Positions 36,384 to 41,669 of a stretch of 41,669 nt of DNA are shown here, piece after piece. Location: assembly GCA_963675525.2 (NCBI GenBank), contig CAXXSL010000014.1:1-41669 (forward strand), written 5' to 3'. The DNA comes from Anaerohalosphaeraceae bacterium. GTDB lineage: Bacteria; Planctomycetota; Phycisphaerae; Sedimentisphaerales; Anaerohalosphaeraceae. The notes below the pieces were generated by a model that was not told the DNA's origin, did not search any database, and saw only the letters and a program-made list of their open reading frames with translations. The translations under genes were made by a program, and so were the position numbers. Numbering within the stretch: position 1 is the stretch's first letter; each line of letters begins with the position of its first letter.

Positions 36384-38561
36384 ATGCAGACATCATGTCG
36401 AAAAAATATGAAACTCCGGCGGTATCGGATTACTTTCGGCGAGTGTCTTTTGGTCATTGTCGGGATATTGTTTTTACCGTGTTATGCTCAACAGCAAATT
36501 GCCCCCTCTTCGTCTCAAACCGTAAAGAACGCCTCGGCGATAGAGAAGCAAATTGTATCCCTGATTGAGAAAGGGCAATGGGATGCCGCCGATTCGCTGC
36601 TCAAAGAGCAGGGGGCCGACGTTAATGAAAAGCAGAAGCAACTGAGCCAAATTCTTCAGCAGTATCAGGAACTTCAAAAAGGTCGACATCAGAAACAACA
36701 GGAAATTTTTTCAGAGCGGAGCACGAAACTCGCCGAGGCCTTTACAAAAATGGCTGAAAATGACCCAAATATAACAAATCAAATAGTATTAAGCCTGGTG
36801 CAAAATGTCTGGAAGGATGCAACTTTTGAACAGAAACAGGAACTTTCCTCCCGAAAAGATGTTCAGCAACTGATAAATATGGTATATCGGAATGCCGAAC
36901 AGTACTATACTCAAGGACGGTGGAAAAAAGCACGTTCAACAGGCGTTCAGTGGTTGACAGCGTTTGAACCCAAAAATCCGGTGTATCGAAAGTTTGATGA
37001 AAAACTCCGTGAAGCGGATGGTGTGTTTGCGATGTTGCGAAAAAATCCCTGCAGCGAGATAAATGATCCTTATACGCGGATTGACCGACAGTCGGTTCGT
37101 CGGGTTTTTGAAATTCTTCGGGCAGGTTATGTGCGGCCGGTTGATTTTAATACGTTGGCTCAGAAAACATTGAATCGCTGTTTTGTTTTAGGGGAGGCCC
37201 TGAAGACCGCATCCACAGAGGCGGCATACCAAGCTGATCCGAATGAAGTCGGGCTTTGGCTAACGCATCTTGATCGGTTATCGGATGATTTCAGAAAAGA
37301 ACCGATGCACAACTTTACCCTGCAGGATTTTATGGACTTGCTGAATGCGTTGCTTGTGCTGAATGCAGAAACATTGAAACTGCCGGAGGGTTTTATGCTT
37401 TCGATGATGACACAGGCCGCTCTTGAGGAGTTGGACCCCTATACCGTAGTGATATGGCCCTCTGATGTGAAGAATTTTGACAAGGAGATGACCGGCCGGT
37501 TTGGTGGAGTAGGAATTCGGATTGCCAAGGAAAAAGACGGACTGAAAATTGTGTCGCTGATCCCTGGTACACCGGCAATGGAAGCAGGTTTGCGTGCTGA
37601 TGAACTGATTCTTGCTGTGGATGGGGAGTCCACAAAAGAAATGAGTATGCAGTGTGCGGTTGAAAAGATTTCGGGTCCCATCGGAACCTCTGTGAAACTG
37701 ATGATTCAGTATCCCGGTGTCGAAGAGCCTCGAAAAGTGACAATTGTACGTGGCAAAATTGTTGTTCCGGCGGTCGAAGGATCCAGTTTGGTCGATAATG
37801 GAAACACACAGGGACATTGGGATTTTTTTCTCGATAAGGAAAATCAGATCGGTTATCTTCGCCTGAAAAATTTTACGGACCGGATTGTTACTCAAGTAAA
37901 GGCGGCGTTGTCAAACATGGAAAGCCAGGGGCTTTCGGGGCTGATTCTGGATGTTCGGGGCAACGGCGGTGGGTTGCTTGATGCTGCCATAACATTGTCG
38001 GACATGTTTGTTGACAACGGGATACTGTTGAAAAGCAAAGGTCGGGGTAACCGGTTCAATCTGTGGAAAGCCGACGATAAAGATGCGAAACAGTCCTACC
38101 CGATCGTTGTTTTAATTGATGGCGGCAGCGCCAGTGCATCCGAGATCGTCGCCGGTATCTTAGGGTGCGATATCAACCGGAAAGCGGTGCTTGTTGGCGA
38201 GCGAACATACGGCAAAGGTAGTGTTCAGGAGGTTGTCGATCTAGGTTCTGGTAACGGTAAGCTTAAGTTTACCTCTGCGTATTATTATTTGCCGGATGGA
38301 GAACCGGTTAAAAACCGGGAAGGTCTTATACGAAATGGGGAGGATGACTGGGGGATTACGCCGGATGTTTCAGTGCCACTTCATGATTTTGAGCGGCGAA
38401 AAATCCGGCAGATCAATGCTGAGCGTACCAAAATTTCAAATGTAGCTCCTGATGAGGAACTCTTGCAGGAAACCTCTATTCGTGAACAAATGCTCTTGGC
38501 AGATCCTCAGCTTTCGATTGCATTGCTGGTGTTAAAAGTTGAAATTGCAATAAGCCGTTAG
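36384..38561 (+). CDS. S41 family carboxyl-terminal protease with long N-terminal helical extension
   Basis: AGGAG RBS, signal-like segment, LDPYT, PDZ FGGVGI, DVRGNGGG, SASASEI (Ser) and TYGKGSVQ (Lys). Confidence 0.9.
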   Translation: MQTSCRKNMKLRRYRITFGECLLVIVGILFLPCYAQQQIAPSSSQTVKNASAIEKQIVSLIEKGQWDAADSLLKEQGADVNEKQKQLSQILQQYQELQKGRHQKQQEIFSERSTKLAEAFTKMAENDPNITNQIVLSLVQNVWKDATFEQKQELSSRKDVQQLINMVYRNAEQYYTQGRWKKARSTGVQWLTAFEPKNPVYRKFDEKLREADGVFAMLRKNPCSEINDPYTRIDRQSVRRVFEILRAGYVRPVDFNTLAQKTLNRCFVLGEALKTASTEAAYQADPNEVGLWLTHLDRLSDDFRKEPMHNFTLQDFMDLLNALLVLNAETLKLPEGFMLSMMTQAALEELDPYTVVIWPSDVKNFDKEMTGRFGGVGIRIAKEKDGLKIVSLIPGTPAMEAGLRADELILAVDGESTKEMSMQCAVEKISGPIGTSVKLMIQYPGVEEPRKVTIVRGKIVVPAVEGSSLVDNGNTQGHWDFFLDKENQIGYLRLKNFTDRIVTQVKAALSNMESQGLSGLILDVRGNGGGLLDAAITLSDMFVDNGILLKSKGRGNRFNLWKADDKDAKQSYPIVVLIDGGSASASEIVAGILGCDINRKAVLVGERTYGKGSVQEVVDLGSGNGKLKFTSAYYYLPDGEPVKNREGLIRNGEDDWGITPDVSVPLHDFERRKIRQINAERTKISNVAPDEELLQETSIREQMLLADPQLSIALLVLKVEIAISR

Positions 38562-38594
38562 CAGGTTAAAAATATCCCTCGAGAATCCGTGTTT

Positions 38595-39779
38595 TTAAAA
38601 GACCTCAAGGCCGATTGCACTGACATCGTCTATTTCCCCCGGACCAAAGTGATAACGATCTGCCATTTCATTATAGGCCTGAAGCATCTTATCAATCGGA
38701 AGTTGACAAATGTTCAAGAAGGATTCGGTGTACACAAATGATTCATCGGCCGGACTTTGGCCGATCAGCGGTTCGCCGCCGTCAGAGTAAATAAACAGTT
38801 TGTCACCGGATTGAAGTTGGATGGAACGTTGCTCAAACGCGGTTTCCGGGAACACACCTAATAAGCCTCCACGGCTTTGAAGCGGAATCCGTTCATCTTT
38901 CCGAATGAGGATTGGATACGGATGACCGCCTCGGCAGTATTTCAGCTCGAGTGTCTCGATGTTCAGCAATCCGTAAAAGGCTGTGGCAAAGAGACAACCG
39001 GCCAGTTCCTGCTCACACATTCGAAGATTCAGTGTTTTGATGACTTCCCACGGCTGAAAAACCTTGTAATCGTTTTCAAAGGTCTGACGCATGATGGTTG
39101 CCTGTTTGAGGAACATGGTCAGCAGGGCGGCGGGCATGGAATGTCCGACGGCATCAGCTAAGTAGAAGCCGATATGTTTTTCATCCAGCCGAACGATATC
39201 ATAGATGTCACCGGAGACCCATTCGGCAGGACGAAAGACTGTAGCCCATTGAAATTTTTCGGTGTTCGGAAGTTTTGCCGGCAGGAAGTTTCGCTGAACA
39301 TGGCCCGCCATTTCAAGTTGTCGCGTCAGATCTTCGCTGACAACGGGTCGTTTTTCCTCCGGAGTCTTTTGATGAAAGCGTTTTTGTACCTTGACATGAC
39401 TGTCAATACGTGCCCAAAGATCGTTTAGATCGATAGACTCCGTTACAGAGGCCAGAGGTATTGCTTCCAGATTCAGTTCTTTAGGGGTATTATACAGTAT
39501 CAGGGCGATATTCTTTTGATCTATTGTTTCAAATAGGTTTTGGTATTTGGAGAAATCTTTGTGGTGAATGAGTGAATTGTCAACGATAATGGTTCCGACG
39601 ATCTGCCGGTTTTGAATGCATGAATTAAGTTGATCAATGCCAACGGAATCCCATGTATAGCCGTTTTGCTGCAACAGGGTCTTGAGATATTCGGAGACCG
39701 GGCGCTGGCCGACAAATAATACGTTGACCGGAGCCGTTTTGTTTTGTAGACAGGGTAACACCTTAATTTCCGTTTGCAT
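38595..39779 (-). CDS. PP2C/SpoIIE (RsbU-like) phosphatase with degenerate receiver-like N-terminus
   Basis: VQRNFLP, VSGDIYD, ADAVGH, GGHP, YSDG and DDVS. Confidence 0.9.
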   Translation of the reverse strand: MQTEIKVLPCLQNKTAPVNVLFVGQRPVSEYLKTLLQQNGYTWDSVGIDQLNSCIQNRQIVGTIIVDNSLIHHKDFSKYQNLFETIDQKNIALILYNTPKELNLEAIPLASVTESIDLNDLWARIDSHVKVQKRFHQKTPEEKRPVVSEDLTRQLEMAGHVQRNFLPAKLPNTEKFQWATVFRPAEWVSGDIYDIVRLDEKHIGFYLADAVGHSMPAALLTMFLKQATIMRQTFENDYKVFQPWEVIKTLNLRMCEQELAGCLFATAFYGLLNIETLELKYCRGGHPYPILIRKDERIPLQSRGGLLGVFPETAFEQRSIQLQSGDKLFIYSDGGEPLIGQSPADESFVYTESFLNICQLPIDKMLQAYNEMADRYHFGPGEIDDVSAIGLEVF

Positions 39780-40018
39780 TGCGTCTCCAAATATGCCTCA
39801 TTAGGTATTATTTCGGTCAATTGCAGAGACGACTTAAGGGGGGCAGAAAGAACAAAATGACTTTCCTGGTCCACTTTCAAACCTGAATGGAGTGTTATTT
39901 TTTATGGGACGTGTTGAAGTACATTAAAAGTAGCGAAATCGATACGATTATTTAAGTCCGGCAGATGTTGCCGTGTTAATGTCAAACTGGGAGCACGGCA
40001 CTTGAATCAAAAGAACAG

Positions 40019-40738
40019 TTAGTTAAAAATAGCCGAACCGATACGCAGGATGGTGGCGCCTTCTTCGATGGCGATCTCGTAGTCCTGGCTCATTCCCATA
40101 CTGAGGTGCTTGAATTTTGACCCGACGATACGTTCGCCGCGAATTTCCTCAAAAACCTCTCTGGCTCGTGCAAAACAGGCCCGGACGCGGTCCTTGTCCA
40201 TGGTCAGGGGGGCCATGGACATTAGGCCGATCAGACGCAGGTTCGGCATGGTGTCAAATTGTTCGGCCAAATGGATTGCTGCACCGACGGGGCATCCATA
40301 CTTTTGGTTCTCGCCGGAACAGTTGACTTGCAGCAGGATATCCGTGTGTATCCCCAGCTTATGGGCCTGAATATTAATTTCTTCAGCCAGACGCAACGTG
40401 TCAACCGAATGGATCGTGTTGCAGATTTTAAGTGTTTGCTTGACTTTGTTACGCTGCAAGTGGCCGATCATATGCCAGTTAACTTTGTGCGGGATGTTTT
40501 GGTTATCCGAGTTTTGTTGCAGAAAAGCGGTGATATCGTCGGAGATTTGTTTGAGGTGCTGAACACGATTTTCGCCCAGATCGGTCAGCCCCAGTTGAAT
40601 CACTTCCTGTATACCCGAAAGCGGGGCGGTTTTAGTCACAACGATCATTTTCACCGACGATTCGCTGCGGCCGGCACGCTGGCAGGCGGCGGCGATATTA
40701 TCCTGGATTTTTTTGACTTTATCTGTAATCGAACTCAT
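40019..40738 (-). CDS. yggS: PLP homeostasis protein, YggS family
   Basis: VVTK, LGENRVQ, WHMIGHLQRNK, LSMGMSQDY and RIGSAIF. Confidence 0.95.
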   Translation of the reverse strand: MSSITDKVKKIQDNIAAACQRAGRSESSVKMIVVTKTAPLSGIQEVIQLGLTDLGENRVQHLKQISDDITAFLQQNSDNQNIPHKVNWHMIGHLQRNKVKQTLKICNTIHSVDTLRLAEEINIQAHKLGIHTDILLQVNCSGENQKYGCPVGAAIHLAEQFDTMPNLRLIGLMSMAPLTMDKDRVRACFARAREVFEEIRGERIVGSKFKHLSMGMSQDYEIAIEEGATILRIGSAIFN

Positions 40739-40768
40739 GCTATCTATAGCCCATCGTATTTTTATGAA

Positions 40769-41668
40769 TCAGGGTAAAAATTTCGATGTATTTTTCAACT
40801 TTGCCGGCAGGTATTCGTTTACCACAAAATCCAGGCCGTGTTTGGCGAACGCCTGCTGTTCGACACGAACGCCCATTTTCAACATCTGGTTGATTGCGAG
40901 TTGCCACTCTTTATGATGCTTGACGAAAGGGTCATTTTTGAGAGCGTCTTTGGCACGCTTAATATCCACATCTTTGAGAGGATGCGTCGGAAGATCATAA
41001 TCCTTGATATCCTGAGGTGTTACACCGAGGAAGCTGGATTTGGGAGCACAGAAAAACTCATTCAGGTGGGCGGCATTGCCGGAGCCGACCTTCAGCGTTC
41101 GGTAAATATTGAAATAACCGTAGGGATCACCATCGACAAAAGCATACACGGGAATCCTTAATTTATCGCTTAGGCGGCGGATAAACCGTCTGCACGCCCG
41201 TGTGGGAACTCCGCCCATGCTGACCAGAATGCAGTCGGTCTTGGACCAGTAATCGTATTTGACCAGACGCTGAAACATACCGGCGGTTTCGATCGCCATG
41301 ATAAATTTTGCTTTGCTCTGGAATTCAAGCTGTTCGACTTCTGAGGGGATCGAATAAGCGCCGGAGCCGAATTTGGTGCAGTCGATCTTGAGCTTTCGGC
41401 CGGAGGCGTCCCGGTCGATAACAAACAATTTTCCGGCAACATCGCCGCCTTTTTCTTCAGGAATAAATTTTAACTGCTCACGGTTGACACCGAACATCGC
41501 TTCGATATCGTCCATGATCGTGTCTGATTCGGGTTGTTCGGAAAAGCCGGCCTTGCCCCAGTTTTTAGAAATGTAATAAGCCTCTCGTTTGGTCGCCATG
41601 TCATCTTTTTCGATCAGTTCTTTGGACAGGGCCATCATCTTGAGCGTTTGCGCAAATGTCTTGACAGT
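40769..41668 (-). CDS. top6A: DNA topoisomerase VI subunit A (Spo11-like), 5' end outside the window
   Basis: TKREAYY (winged-helix catalytic Tyr region), QPESD..MDDIE, Toprim AIET and DGDPYG, and C-terminal EQQA; the frame stays open to the window edge. Confidence 0.9.
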   Translation of the reverse strand, partial: TVKTFAQTLKMMALSKELIEKDDMATKREAYYISKNWGKAGFSEQPESDTIMDDIEAMFGVNREQLKFIPEEKGGDVAGKLFVIDRDASGRKLKIDCTKFGSGAYSIPSEVEQLEFQSKAKFIMAIETAGMFQRLVKYDYWSKTDCILVSMGGVPTRACRRFIRRLSDKLRIPVYAFVDGDPYGYFNIYRTLKVGSGNAAHLNEFFCAPKSSFLGVTPQDIKDYDLPTHPLKDVDIKRAKDALKNDPFVKHHKEWQLAINQMLKMGVRVEQQAFAKHGLDFVVNEYLPAKLKNTSKFLP

Positions 41669-41669
41669 G

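Noticed and set aside
35267..36457. 396-aa antisense ORF
   Set aside because: It is a shadow of the conserved rpoD coding strand and has no independent support.

Overview
This is a mostly core-genome bacterial window of about 50% GC by eye, with AT-rich intergenic islands. Gene content and style suggest an anaerobic Planctomycetota member, possibly Phycisphaerae; this is a tentative inference. In order it holds: frameshifted bioB, a low-GC MORN-like hypothetical gene, rsmD, a ~500-bp repeat-rich intergenic region with its own strong promoter, an alpha/beta hydrolase, a TlpA-like lipoprotein, a CCA-adding enzyme and an HPP protein. Next comes a complete [NiFe]-hydrogenase maturation set (hypF-C-D and hypE-A-B) interrupted by an antisense metallophosphoesterase plus lipoprotein pair. 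Then follow lysA, a GH88/GH105-like hydrolase, rubredoxin, a methionine cluster (HMT-MTHFR fusion plus a split MetH), accB-accC, etfB-etfA-acyl-CoA dehydrogenase, a HAD phosphatase, dnaG-rpoD, an S41 protease, a PP2C/SpoIIE phosphatase, yggS and the 3' part of a DNA topoisomerase VI subunit A gene. Many genes carry 1-2 nt indels, mostly in short base runs, which most likely are long-read assembly errors. No tRNA, rRNA, CRISPR array or transposase was recognised. The least explained signals are non-coding: (i) a promoter-headed element at ~2330-2830 with helically phased 21-nt repeats bracketed by two 31-nt hairpin modules at identical TG^TGG junctions; (ii) a perfect-consensus promoter at 7247-7275 (-) that would drive an orphan ~330-nt structured transcript; (iii) a structured leader upstream of dnaG-rpoD; (iv) several REP-like palindrome families, one showing compensatory base changes. 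All calls come from reading the sequence; no searches were run.
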